A stretch of DNA of 51,497 bases from Candidatus Kaiserbacteria bacterium (GCA_016214605.1 JACROD010000014.1:107074-158570); one strand, 5' to 3'; counted from the stretch's first letter, positions 24,099-34,549 are shown. Notes: generated by a model from the letters alone, not told the origin. Program-made: numbers and translations.

Positions 24099-24995
24099 TT
24101 ACAATTCTTCGCGACTATCCCCAGTGTCATCATCACTATATACGTCTCGTCGAATATTGAATATCGTTTTAGGATCAAGAAGCGGTAGTGCTTGGGGTGC
24201 ACCCAGCAGTTTGCGGATGCGGATCGTAGAGAACTCGGGCTCATCGGGAATAACGGCATTATCAAACCCGTTGGCGCTGTACTGTACTTCGAGTACATCA
24301 TGATACTTTTCTCGGAGCATTTGTCCCCACACGTCAAGGACATGGTTGAGATCTACGGGTATTTGGATAAGCATCAAGCCTCCTTCCCGCAGTAATCCAT
24401 ACCATTCTTGAACAACGTTCGCGAGCATGTATGGTTCCTCAGGAAATAGGTCGAGACCACCTGCCATTCTTTCGACAATCAAATCTGCTTGTTCGGCTGA
24501 GAGCCATTCTTTTACCTGTGCGACGGTATCACGTGATGTTACATCGCCCTCAAGTATCGAATGATGCATCTGCGCGTCGTTGCTACCGTTTATGTTTGTT
24601 GCAGAGCGACGAAAGTCTGTAAGAGTAATACCTATAGATTTTTTGAAAAAACCAGGTGTAAATTCTCGGAAGAATCGGGTGCCGACCCCGCCTAATTCGA
24701 TGCCTATTGCTTTTCCCTGATGCGCGGCGAGTGTTGTTTCTATGTATGTCTTCAGGGAAGTTTCTTTATCGGGCAAAATACTACGAAAGGTATCGAGAAA
24801 GGAGCCACGCAGATTCAGATTTCCATCTTTATCCACACCAGACTCATCAATTCCAGAGTCGACCCAATTGTAATATTCACCAGCGGTACCTTCTCGATTG
24901 TTTGTCTGCTGTATTGCCGTAAAGATTTTCTCCGTTATTTGACGCAAACCTCGTCGTTCTGTGCCCATCGGAAAATGTTTTTTATGTTCAAACAT
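24099..24995 (-). CDS. Putative class I SAM-dependent methyltransferase (298 aa)
   Basis: Motif I-like AIGIELGGVGTRF and a later EGGLMLIQIP. No closer family recognised. Confidence 0.55.
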   Translation of the reverse strand: MFEHKKHFPMGTERRGLRQITEKIFTAIQQTNNREGTAGEYYNWVDSGIDESGVDKDGNLNLRGSFLDTFRSILPDKETSLKTYIETTLAAHQGKAIGIELGGVGTRFFREFTPGFFKKSIGITLTDFRRSATNINGSNDAQMHHSILEGDVTSRDTVAQVKEWLSAEQADLIVERMAGGLDLFPEEPYMLANVVQEWYGLLREGGLMLIQIPVDLNHVLDVWGQMLREKYHDVLEVQYSANGFDNAVIPDEPEFSTIRIRKLLGAPQALPLLDPKTIFNIRRDVYSDDDTGDSREEL

Positions 24996-25026
24996 ATTTA
25001 TCCACTATAACATGTGAGGTGGGACG

Positions 25027-26106
25027 TTATTCCTCGCTCTCACTGCCGCCAGCCTTCGCCTTGCCGATGACACCACCACCGTCATGGAGGGCTTTGCGGA
25101 TGTTTTTCAATAGTTCGTTGAGTATAGGCTTGTTGGTATGCAGGTATGTGCGCGCCGCATCGTAGCCGCGGCCGAGCTTGGTCTCGCCTATCGAGTAGGC
25201 ACCGCCGGAGGACTTTTGCACGAATCCAAGCCGCTCGCCGAGCGCGAGTGCTTCGCCCTCACGCGAGATGCCTTCGCCGTACATCATGTCGAATTCGGTC
25301 TGGCGGAATGGTGCGGCGACTTTGTTCTTGACGATCTTCACACGGTGGCGGCCACCCATGACCTCGTCGCCCTTCTTGATCTGGGCGATGCGGCGGATAT
25401 CGATGCGCACTGATGTGTAGAATTTGAGCGCCTTGCCTCCTGGGGTGGTTTCCGGATTCCCAAACATGACGCCAATCTGCATGCGGATCTGGTTGATGAA
25501 TATGACCACGGTCTTGGTCTTGGCGCAGATGGCGGTGAGCTTGCGCAGGGCCTGGCTCATCAGGCGTGCTTGTTTGCCCACATGCGACTGGCCCATGTCG
25601 CCTTCGATTTCATCCTTGGGAGTGAGTGCGGCGACCGAGTCGACGACGATCACATCGATCTTGCCGGAGCGCACGAGGCTCTCGACGATCTCGAGCGCCT
25701 GCTCGCCGGTATCAGGCTGGGAGACAAGGAGACTGTTGATATCGACACCGATCTTCTTGGCGTATTCGGGGTCGAGCGCATGCTCCGCGTCGATAAAGGC
25801 ACAGATACCGCCTTTCTTCTGGGCTTCGGCGATGACGTGGAGGGAGAGGGTGGTCTTGCCGGATGATTCGGGGCCGAATATTTCGATGATGCGGCCGCGC
25901 GGGACGCCGCCGATACCGAGTGCCCAATCGATGCCAATCGAGCCCGAGGGGATCGCGTCCACGTCCACCTTGGGCGAGGCACCGAGCATCATGATCGACT
26001 CATCGCCGAATTTGGTCTTGATCTCCGCGAGAGCGCGCTCGATGTCTTTGTCTGTGCCGGTGCCTGTCTGCTTCGGCGGAGCCTTTACCTTTTTTGTCAT
26101 TGCCAT
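25027..26106 (-). CDS. recA: Recombinase RecA
   Basis: [13 protein letters not shown] Walker A, ...[22 protein letters not shown]... 359 aa. Confidence 0.97.
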   Translation of the reverse strand: MAMTKKVKAPPKQTGTGTDKDIERALAEIKTKFGDESIMMLGASPKVDVDAIPSGSIGIDWALGIGGVPRGRIIEIFGPESSGKTTLSLHVIAEAQKKGGICAFIDAEHALDPEYAKKIGVDINSLLVSQPDTGEQALEIVESLVRSGKIDVIVVDSVAALTPKDEIEGDMGQSHVGKQARLMSQALRKLTAICAKTKTVVIFINQIRMQIGVMFGNPETTPGGKALKFYTSVRIDIRRIAQIKKGDEVMGGRHRVKIVKNKVAAPFRQTEFDMMYGEGISREGEALALGERLGFVQKSSGGAYSIGETKLGRGYDAARTYLHTNKPILNELLKNIRKALHDGGGVIGKAKAGGSESEE

Positions 26107-26201
26107 ACCCCTGTGTATTTAAAATTAGAGAATAAAATTCTTGAAACCAAAGACAGTTTACCCCGCATTATAAGATGAGTGCAACAAAAATATGTGTTGT
26201 T

Positions 26202-26720
26202 CTATTGGGGGGATGTCGTAGATGCCGAAGGGTCGGAAAATACAGGTTCGGTAGAGGTGTTCGGGTTCGTTTGCGTCTCGGCACTAGGTAAAGATCCCTG
26301 TGATCCTTGTGTCACTGCCGGTTTTGTCGATGTGGCGGGGGTCAAAGCAGAAGAAAACGCGTCCGGAGAGTCGTCGCTCGGTGCGTAGACGATCTCCACG
26401 GTTTTGGAGGTGGTATGACCATAGTTGTCGCGGGCGTCAAATGTGATCTGATTGATACCGGAGGCCAATAGGTAGGGTACCTCAAAGGTTCCGTCTTGAG
26501 TCATGGATACGGGAGCTCCGTCGACGCTCAGTGAAGCGATGTGGTCGGCATGTCCGCTGATGACCACGTATCGCTCATGCGAGGTGGCTACACTCGAATC
26601 TATGTTGATGTGCGGCCCATAGAGGAGTCCGCGCACTTCAAAATACGCGTATGCGAGCACTGCGAGAAAGAATATCACGAGGGCGATCTGTGTCAGGCGG
26701 CTATCGCGATAGGGGCGCAT
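26202..26720 (-). CDS. Hypothetical membrane-anchored protein with a Ser/Thr/Pro-rich tail (172 aa)
   Basis: N-terminal TM segment. Packed 5 nt downstream of ftsK. Confidence 0.55.
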   Translation of the reverse strand: MRPYRDSRLTQIALVIFFLAVLAYAYFEVRGLLYGPHINIDSSVATSHERYVVISGHADHIASLSVDGAPVSMTQDGTFEVPYLLASGINQITFDARDNYGHTTSKTVEIVYAPSDDSPDAFSSALTPATSTKPAVTQGSQGSLPSAETQTNPNTSTEPVFSDPSASTTSPQ

Positions 26721-26725
26721 GGTGG

Positions 26726-28993
26726 TTATTCGGTATCTTCAAGAGCTTCATTCTCATCCTGGCTTGCTCGCGCGAGCTCGTCCGCATTGCCTTCGCCGAT
26801 GATCGCGCGCGGCTTGGCGCCGTCTGCCGGGCCGATCACGCCGCGATCCTCGAGGATATCCATGAGCTTGGCAGCGCGTGCATAGCCGACGCCGAGCTTG
26901 CGCTGTAGGTACGAAGTAGACGCCTTACCGGCCTCAAGTACGGTGCGTTTGGCTTCGCCATAGAGTTCGTCGCCCTCATCGTCATCCCCTCCGCCAACCA
27001 TCGAAGAAAATATCGGATCCATACCACCACCTGTTTTGCCAGCGTCGCTAAAGTCGATTTCACTGGGGAGATGGCCTTCGGCTTGGCGAGCGAGGTAGGC
27101 AACGACCTTTTTCGTCTCATCCTCGGTGATATAAGGGGCTTGTATGCGCACCGGTTTGGACATGTCGCCCGAGAGGAAGAGTATGTCGCCGGCACCGAGG
27201 AGCTTCTCGGCACCACCCATATCGAGGATTGTGCGCGAATCGATTTGTGATGCCACCTGGAGTGCTACGCGTCCCGGGATGTTGGCCTTGATGAGGCCGG
27301 TGATCACTTTTACGCTCGGACGTTGTGTCGAGAGGATGAGGTGTATGCCTACGGCACGACTCATTTGAGCGAGGCGTACGATACCGCTCTCAAGCTCGCG
27401 CGGGTATGCCTGCATGATATCGGCGAGTTCGTCGATGATGAGTACGATATAGGGCATTGCTTCGGGTAAATCCTCATCTTCATCAAGTTCGCCGGTTTCG
27501 GCTTTTGCGAGAGCGGGGACAAGGACGTTTTCGTGATACGAAGAAATATCGCGCACTTTTTCACGCTGAAGGACGTCGTAGCGACGATCCATCTCTTTGG
27601 CGAGCCATTTGAGTGCGAGGATGGCTTTTTTGGCGTCGGTGATCACCGGGGTGAGCAAATGTGGGATCGAATTATAAAGCGTGAGTTCGACGCGCTTGGG
27701 ATCGACCATGATGAAGCGTAGGCGCTCCGGCCCGCATCGGTACAGGAGAGAGACGATGAAGTCGTGGATGGTCACCGATTTGCCGGCGCCAGTCGTACCT
27801 GCGACGAGGAGATGGGGCATCTTGGCGAGGTCTGCGTATTGAGCTTGTCCAGTGATCGTTCGGCCGAGCGCCATAAGGAGTGGCTTGGGCGACCCGACGT
27901 ATGCTTCATCGGATACGAGGGGTGCAAGGCCGAGCGTGGTGCGGGCGATGTTGGGCACTTCAATGCCGACGAGCGATTTGCCCGGTATCGGGGCTTCGAT
28001 GCGCACGGGAGAGACCGCGAGTGCGAGCTCAAGATTACTCTGCAATGCAAGGATTTTGGAGAGACGCACCCCCTCGGCAGGCTTCATTGAGTAGCGCGTC
28101 ACCGTCGGTCCGATAGTGGCCTCATCCATCTCGACCTGTATACCGAAGTTTTGGAGCGTCCGCTTTATGATGTTCATGTTGGCCTTCACGTCGCCTACCT
28201 CGGGCTTACCTTTATTCTTTGCGAGTATGGAAAGAGGTGGTGGCACATACGTGCTTCCTGTCGCGGCGATCGGCGCGAAGTCTTCCGTGTCGTTCTTCTT
28301 GCTGTTAAAGGTGGAGATGACGGCCTCGCGCACGCTCTTTTTTCCCTGATTTTCTTCGGGAGTCTCCTCTTGGGCCATGGGCGCCACGATCGTGGGCGTG
28401 GTCTCCGGCAGAGGTGCGGCAACGGTCATGCCAAATTCGTCGTCCTCGCTGCCTGCAAACATATCTCTTATGCGACCGGCCAATGCACCCAGATTGATAT
28501 CAAAAGCGATCACGAGAGAAGCTACGATGAAAGCGAATAGGAAGATCACGGTCGCTGGCGTACGCATCGCCGCGATGAGCGGATCCGATACAGAGCCGAG
28601 GACTCCCGCATAGGTGGGGAAGGCGACATTGATCAAGCCGAGTGCTGAAAGGAGGAAGACAAACATACTTGCGATCTGGACCCATCCGAAATGCTTCTCA
28701 AATGATCTAAAAAGAATGACAGCAAGCAGAGTGAAAGACAGGGGTAGGAGAGGATAACCCACGGCACCCACAAGCCATTTGAGCGCACTATATACCATGT
28801 TTCCTGCTGGCCCGCCGAAGCCAATCTCGGCGATGAGGAAGAATATCGCGATGGCGACAAAAAAAACAGCAGCTACGCTTCGGAGTGCTCCGGAGCTCAC
28901 CGCGCCTTTTTGCGTATCAGAAATATCGTCTTGATCTTCATCGCGACGAGCTCGTCTTTTTGTTTTTTTCTTCGTTCGCTCCACCCTTTTCAT
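26726..28993 (-). CDS. ftsK: DNA translocase FtsK/SpoIIIE
   Basis: N-terminal TM domain, Walker A LVAGTTGAGKSV, and a C-terminal gamma-domain-like YLQRKLGVGYARAAKLMDILE. Confidence 0.93.
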   Translation of the reverse strand: MKRVERTKKKTKRRARRDEDQDDISDTQKGAVSSGALRSVAAVFFVAIAIFFLIAEIGFGGPAGNMVYSALKWLVGAVGYPLLPLSFTLLAVILFRSFEKHFGWVQIASMFVFLLSALGLINVAFPTYAGVLGSVSDPLIAAMRTPATVIFLFAFIVASLVIAFDINLGALAGRIRDMFAGSEDDEFGMTVAAPLPETTPTIVAPMAQEETPEENQGKKSVREAVISTFNSKKNDTEDFAPIAATGSTYVPPPLSILAKNKGKPEVGDVKANMNIIKRTLQNFGIQVEMDEATIGPTVTRYSMKPAEGVRLSKILALQSNLELALAVSPVRIEAPIPGKSLVGIEVPNIARTTLGLAPLVSDEAYVGSPKPLLMALGRTITGQAQYADLAKMPHLLVAGTTGAGKSVTIHDFIVSLLYRCGPERLRFIMVDPKRVELTLYNSIPHLLTPVITDAKKAILALKWLAKEMDRRYDVLQREKVRDISSYHENVLVPALAKAETGELDEDEDLPEAMPYIVLIIDELADIMQAYPRELESGIVRLAQMSRAVGIHLILSTQRPSVKVITGLIKANIPGRVALQVASQIDSRTILDMGGAEKLLGAGDILFLSGDMSKPVRIQAPYITEDETKKVVAYLARQAEGHLPSEIDFSDAGKTGGGMDPIFSSMVGGGDDDEGDELYGEAKRTVLEAGKASTSYLQRKLGVGYARAAKLMDILEDRGVIGPADGAKPRAIIGEGNADELARASQDENEALEDTE

Positions 28994-29215
28994 GGCTCTA
29001 TGATAACACGGATCGACGATCTGAAGAATCTCAAAAACAAAAGACGAAAGATCACATCACTACTCGTCACTTTGATACAAACCTTCTGGAATGTTGCACA
29101 TCACGTTTCGTAGTGTTGCAATTGCGTGCCCAGATTGTCCTATATATAATCATGGATAAGGACACGGACACAACAGAATGAAACAATTCTGAAATGGACA
29201 AATAAAGAACACAAA

Positions 29216-29980
29216 ATGGACTACATAAAAAACACACAAAAAAGTGAGCAATTGCCGAGATTTTTGGATGGTGTGCGCTCTGTCCGCACAAATCCTTTTG
29301 GAGAGAACAAGGCGGGTGATCGAGCATATCGCCGGGCAGAGCGTCTGGTCGCAGCGATCCACTTACTCACCAACCATATCCCATCCGATGAACCCTTGCG
29401 CACAAACATACGAAGACAGAGCCTAGCACTCCTTTCCGATGTGATCGAACTCCGCGATGAGATGCGCGCTGTCGATTCACACAAAGTGCACCTATTTCAG
29501 GTGAGCGTGAGGCACCTCATCTCAATGTTGCGAATTCTGGCAGTGGCAGGGTTCATATCGATCCAAAACGCTGATGCGGTCACCGAGGCACTTGATGAGC
29601 TCGGCAACTTCTTGGCCGTTTCGCAAAGATCGCCTATGTCGGAAAGCGTCCACTTCTCCCGAGAAGATCTGCTCGATGTCCGTATGTCAGACCTGTCCTT
29701 TAAAAAGGACTTAAAGGACAGCATGAATATTAAGGACAAACGCTCAGGAGATACAAATGTCCTTAATAATAAGACAAGCAACACAGTCACGACTCGCGGC
29801 AATGTAATTCTGGATATTTTGAGGACTGGTGGAGAGATGGGTATTCGTGACGTGGCGGCACAGGTACCAGAATACAGCGAAAAGATGATTCAGCGCGAGC
29901 TTCTTGACCTCACGCAGCGTGGATTGGTTAAAAAGTCCGGGCTCAAGCGGTGGAGTAAGTATTCTCTGGCTGAGGTGTAA
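29216..29980 (+). CDS. Hypothetical protein with a C-terminal winged-helix DNA-binding domain (254 aa)
   Basis: C-terminus NVILDILRTGGEMGIRDVAAQVPEYSEKMIQRELLDLTQRGLVKKSGLKRWSKYSL is wHTH-like. Confidence 0.6.
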   Translation: MDYIKNTQKSEQLPRFLDGVRSVRTNPFGENKAGDRAYRRAERLVAAIHLLTNHIPSDEPLRTNIRRQSLALLSDVIELRDEMRAVDSHKVHLFQVSVRHLISMLRILAVAGFISIQNADAVTEALDELGNFLAVSQRSPMSESVHFSREDLLDVRMSDLSFKKDLKDSMNIKDKRSGDTNVLNNKTSNTVTTRGNVILDILRTGGEMGIRDVAAQVPEYSEKMIQRELLDLTQRGLVKKSGLKRWSKYSLAEV

Positions 29981-30866
29981 TAGGATACAGAGTCCTCGGG
30001 CACCTGTTCTTTGGTTACCCGGTGCGATGCGGTCATGCGGAAGTATTGGACACTGACTATGTAGTGGTGTCAATATCCGCTCAACAAAGCTAGAATACCC
30101 GCCATTCATGATTGACTCTGATTTCATAGCAGGGTATTCTACCTGGGTAACTTGCTAACCGAGAAGATAACCCGACTGGCGACAGAGAGGGAACTTTTTG
30201 TTAACAAGTTATCCACAAAATGTTGTGGTGATGATACAGCACGGCTACGTTTCTCGGTATATAATTGTGCCGATGATGTCTCTATGGGGCATCGTCAGCT
30301 CAGAGATTATCCAAAAAGGTCTGTGTATCTCTGCGAAGTTCATTGACATTTTATATAGTGAAAGAAAAGAACGATGATGAAGCGTTCTTCATCAACCGGA
30401 CGCCCTTATCGGCACCGGCTGCCTGAGCGCACGAGCATATTTTATGTATGTATGCGCGTTCATGTATCTCTGTATTTTCTGATCGTCCCGATCTGTCCGC
30501 CTACCCGCATGACCCCCTTACCGTACTGCTAACCTCACGACTTTTGGCGACAAGGGTCAGTGGGCTAGCAAAGTTATTGCTTCGTGAAGCGCAAACGAAA
30601 GAGATCATTGAGACTTTCTTGTCGGTGGTAATTCACCGCAAGAGCTCTGAGTGTATATAGTTGCACAGCTTGCTGTGCGAGCTAACTACCACTTTCGTAC
30701 AAGCGGCCACGATAGCGCATTATCAGTTGTCTTCAGTTATCAATTAATAACTTTAATAGAAGGCACACAAAAACGTCCCGTGTTCTCGTCGAAAGAACAC
30801 GTTACGGGCTCATTGAGGTAGATCCGCAAGGATCTCGCTCATGAGTTGAAAGGTCAAAATAAATAT

Positions 30867-33800
30867 ATGATTAAAGCATTAGCAACAAAGAACGTTGCGG
30901 CAGTGCTTTTGACCATCAGCATGGTTCTCGGATTCGCGTTTGTCTTTGCCGCTCCGGCAAAGGCCGACACGCTTTCTGACCTCCAGACTCAGGTCCAAGC
31001 TTTGCTCGCACAAATCGCTGCTCTCCAGGGTTCGTCTTCGACGGGCTCTATGACGAGCTCTTCATGCTTCACCTTCACGATGAACCTCAAACAAGGTGCA
31101 ACGAACAGTGAAGTCATGCAGCTTCAGAAATTCCTTAATAGCCACGGCTTCACTGTATCCGCTTCGGGTGCAGGTTCAGCCGGCAACGAAACCAGCTACT
31201 TCGGTTCCGCGACCAAGGCAGCCGTCGCCAAGTTCCAGAATGCTTACGCTTCTGACATCTTGACTCCGGTCGGTCTCACCGCAGGCAACGGCAATTGGTT
31301 CTCGTCTACGCGAGCCAAGGCCAACGCTCTCTGTGTCGGCGGCACTACAGGTATGGGCACAGGTACGGGCACAGGAACAACCGTTCCGACAACCGTTCCG
31401 ACAACCGGCGGTCAGATCTCAGTGATGGCAGGCTCACAGCCGGCCAACTCGCTCGCTCCGGCAGGTGCAGCTCGCGTTCCATTCACAACCTTCACGCTGA
31501 CGAACAATAGTTCAGCAGCTGTGACGGTCAACGGAGTGAATGTTATGCGCACCGGCCTTGCCAATGATGCTGTCTTTGCAGGTGTCGTTCTCATCGACGA
31601 GACTGGCGCTCAGCTCGGCAACTCGCGAACCTTCAATTCGGACCACACCTTGAGTGCGGGCGATGGGTTCACGATCAATCCGGGTCAGACAAAGACCATC
31701 ACTGTTGCAGGTAACATGGCCTCGTCGCTCTCGAGCTACTCTGGTCAGGTTGTCTCGCTCCAGGTCACTGGCATCAGCACCACGGGTACGGTCTCCGGAT
31801 CACTCCCGATCACTGGCGCTTCACAGACGATCAACTCAACTCTCTCGATCGGCACAGCCGATACGGCAGTTGGCGGATCCGATCTCAATGCAGCTCAGAC
31901 CAGTGTTAACATCGGCACGACGGGTAACGTCGGCGCAGGTGTCCGTGTCACTGCCGGTTCTGCAGAAGATAACTGGGTCAAGTCGATCCGCTGGAATCAA
32001 TCTGGTTCTGCGTCGGCTTCCGACATCAGCAATGTTGTAACGGTTGTTGACGGTACCTCGTACCCAACAGTGCTCTCAGCAGATGGTAAGTACTACACGA
32101 CTGTCTTCCCAGGCAATGGCATCCAAATCGCGAAGGGACTCAACAAAGAGTTCGTCGTGAAGTTTGACATCGTCTCGGGTCCGGCTCGTACGGTTAACTT
32201 CGACATCTACAAGGCAACTGACGTCTACGTCATGGGCGGTACTTACGGCTATGGCATCACTCCGACATTCAGTGGCACGACAGCTTCGGCTACGACTGCT
32301 TCTGAATTCACCGGAGGTACACCGTTCTTCTCAGGCTCAACCTTCACTATCAGTGCAGGCACGGTTACGTCGCTTTCACGCGCCAATGAAGTCGCAGCTC
32401 AGAACATTGTTCTCGGCACTCCGAACCAGCCATTGGGCGGTTTCGCAATGAACATCCAAGGTGAACCGATCTCGGTCACTTCGATGAACTTCTACATCGC
32501 GACGTCTTCTGGTATCGGTACTGCAGTAATCACGGGCGTTCGTCTCGTGGATGAGTCCGGTAAGGTAGTTGCTGGTCCGATTGATTCGGTAACCAGTACT
32601 AATGCACAAGGTAAGCTCGCGGTCGCGTTCACCAGCACGGTGACGTTCCCGACGGGACGCCATGTGTACACATTGCAGGGTCAGCTTCCGACCACTTACG
32701 CCAACGGCGGAACGGTCCAGGCTGCCACGAAGCCTTCGACAAATTGGTCAGGTGCAACTGGTCAAACGACCGGCAACTCGATCTCTCTCTCAAGTCTCTC
32801 AAGCTCTGTTACTACCAACACTATGACCGTGCGCGCGGGCGGTACAGTAGTAGGAGTCGCTTCGGCTCCGGCTGCTCAGACGATCGTCGCTGGTCAATCA
32901 CAGATGACAATTGCAGCATTCACATTCGACGGAACACAGTCGGGTGAGGATGTGCGCTATACATCTATGAAGGTCTACCACACGGAGACTGCGCTCACCG
33001 GTGGTGACGCTACCAACTGCTTCGCCTATGACGGTGCAACGCAGTTGAACAACACGGCGGTACTCCCGACCACAACTACGACGGATTACACATACACATT
33101 CAATACGGCACTTCTCGTCCCGAAAGGCACAGTGAAGACCGTCAGTATCAAGTGTGATGTCCCTGGAAGTATCACTTCCGGATCCTTCAGTGAAGGTCTT
33201 AACTACAGCTCAGGCCTTACCTTCACGGGTACGGGCGTAGCATCGACACAGTCGATCACCCCGACATCTTCAACAGGTGCCGCACAGACTGGCAACACGA
33301 TGACTGTCACGACAAGTGGCGCTCTTACTGTTGCATTGGATGCTTCGAGTCCTTCGTACGCTATTGCAGCAGGAGGTTCAACTGGGATAACACTCAGCTC
33401 TCTGCGCTTTACCGGTACGAACGAACCGATGAAGATTGATCGCGTAGCTCTTCAATTGACGGGCGTCGCAGCGACTTCATCGCCGGGCAACATCACTCAG
33501 GTCACACTTTGGGATGGTGCCACGCAGGTAGGTACGGCAATCTTTGCAGGTACTCGCTTCGCGACATCGACCCTCTCGAGTAGTGTCATCATTCCTTCCA
33601 ACGGTTACAAGATCCTTACAGTCAAGGGTGATCTTGCTGGTATCGGTCTGTCATCCGCGGGTACGGAAGGCGCACTTATCCAGGTTGACTACGACGGCGC
33701 TGACTCGACAGGCACACGTGCTGTCGGCCAGTCATCCGGTTCGACTATCAACCAGGGATCGAGTTCGGATACAGCGGCTTCAGGCGTACGCGTCTTCAAG

Positions 33801-34409
33801 TCATATCCGACAATCGCTAAGATTGCAGTCCCGACAACCGTACTTGGTACGGGCGCGGGCCAGGTATTCTATCGCTTCTCGATCACGGCAAACGCCTCCG
33901 GCGATGTCGGTTTGAGTACGGTCGGTGCCAACATTGCGACCTCAGCGGTCTCAACTGCTAACGGTACAACCTCAGTCACAGCTCTCAAGCTCTACGCCTT
34001 TACCGACTCTAGCTTCTCATCGGGTGTCTCCGGATTCGTTTCGGGCCTCGTGAGTTCGCTCTCGGCGGTAAATTCGGGCAACAATGTGCTCGTGATCAAC
34101 CAGAGTAGTCTCGATAAGCTGGAGATTCCGGCCGGATCGACGTACTACTTCCAGGTATCGGGCACGGTTTCGCAGGTCGCCGGTACAACCGGTGCTGCAG
34201 GAACGGTCTCCGCATACCTCTCGGGTGATTCAGCCTACTCACCAGTTGCTACAACTCTCTTGGCAGCACAGTCTGGTGTGACAGGTAACTTCATCTGGTC
34301 ACCAAACGCGACAACGACATCCTTGACGACTCATGCAGACTGGACGGACGGCTACGGTGTAGTCGGTCTCCCAGCCGGTGGTACGGACACAGTGACGTTG
34401 ACGAAGTAA
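30867..34409 (+). CDS. Large secreted surface protein (S-layer-like): signal peptide, coiled coil, PG_binding_1-like domain, then a long Thr/Ser/Gly/Ala-rich beta region
   Basis: Signal peptide ...VFAAPAKA. LQKFLNSHGFTVSASGAGSAGNETSYFGSATKAAVAKFQ is a peptidoglycan-binding motif. The ORF opens at 30846 (TTG); ATG 30867 is preferred. Confidence 0.8.
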   Translation: MIKALATKNVAAVLLTISMVLGFAFVFAAPAKADTLSDLQTQVQALLAQIAALQGSSSTGSMTSSSCFTFTMNLKQGATNSEVMQLQKFLNSHGFTVSASGAGSAGNETSYFGSATKAAVAKFQNAYASDILTPVGLTAGNGNWFSSTRAKANALCVGGTTGMGTGTGTGTTVPTTVPTTGGQISVMAGSQPANSLAPAGAARVPFTTFTLTNNSSAAVTVNGVNVMRTGLANDAVFAGVVLIDETGAQLGNSRTFNSDHTLSAGDGFTINPGQTKTITVAGNMASSLSSYSGQVVSLQVTGISTTGTVSGSLPITGASQTINSTLSIGTADTAVGGSDLNAAQTSVNIGTTGNVGAGVRVTAGSAEDNWVKSIRWNQSGSASASDISNVVTVVDGTSYPTVLSADGKYYTTVFPGNGIQIAKGLNKEFVVKFDIVSGPARTVNFDIYKATDVYVMGGTYGYGITPTFSGTTASATTASEFTGGTPFFSGSTFTISAGTVTSLSRANEVAAQNIVLGTPNQPLGGFAMNIQGEPISVTSMNFYIATSSGIGTAVITGVRLVDESGKVVAGPIDSVTSTNAQGKLAVAFTSTVTFPTGRHVYTLQGQLPTTYANGGTVQAATKPSTNWSGATGQTTGNSISLSSLSSSVTTNTMTVRAGGTVVGVASAPAAQTIVAGQSQMTIAAFTFDGTQSGEDVRYTSMKVYHTETALTGGDATNCFAYDGATQLNNTAVLPTTTTTDYTYTFNTALLVPKGTVKTVSIKCDVPGSITSGSFSEGLNYSSGLTFTGTGVASTQSITPTSSTGAAQTGNTMTVTTSGALTVALDASSPSYAIAAGGSTGITLSSLRFTGTNEPMKIDRVALQLTGVAATSSPGNITQVTLWDGATQVGTAIFAGTRFATSTLSSSVIIPSNGYKILTVKGDLAGIGLSSAGTEGALIQVDYDGADSTGTRAVGQSSGSTINQGSSSDTAASGVRVFKSYPTIAKIAVPTTVLGTGAGQVFYRFSITANASGDVGLSTVGANIATSAVSTANGTTSVTALKLYAFTDSSFSSGVSGFVSGLVSSLSAVNSGNNVLVINQSSLDKLEIPAGSTYYFQVSGTVSQVAGTTGAAGTVSAYLSGDSAYSPVATTLLAAQSGVTGNFIWSPNATTTSLTTHADWTDGYGVVGLPAGGTDTVTLTK

Positions 34410-34478
34410 CCTGAACGCGGCAACTTAGCTCTATAGCTAACTTTCCACCTTCAGTCCTCATGGCGACAACATGAGCAG

Positions 34479-34508
34479 AAAAAGCCCCTCCGAAAGGAGG
34501 GGCTTTTT
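34479..34508 (+). terminator. Rho-independent terminator
   Basis: gcccctcc gaaa ggaggggc followed by ttttt. Confidence 0.8.
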
Positions 34509-34549
34509 CGTTGTTGAGTATATGAGGATCGCAGGGTAAAATAGCAAAC

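Noticed and set aside
25424-26122. A 232-aa plus-strand ORF opposite recA.
   Set aside because: It is antisense to recA and has no motifs.
29925-29945. aaaagtccgggctc resembles the RNase P RNA CR-I motif (GAAAGUCCGGGCUC). A possible partner cccgactgg lies at 30171-30179, and a caacaaagctagaatacccgcc block lies at 30082-30103. A weaker aagtccgggttc occurs at 777-788.
   Set aside because: The motif lies inside the well-formed wHTH coding sequence (KKSGLK). No P1/P2 pairings or S-domain conserved blocks could be found, and the region is too short for a type A RNA. A cmscan with the RNase P models would settle it.
30085-30141. A TPP-riboswitch-like string gctagaatacccgcc...agcagggta.
   Set aside because: The invariant CUGAGA and the GGGGUGC/pyrophosphate-helix motifs are not present.
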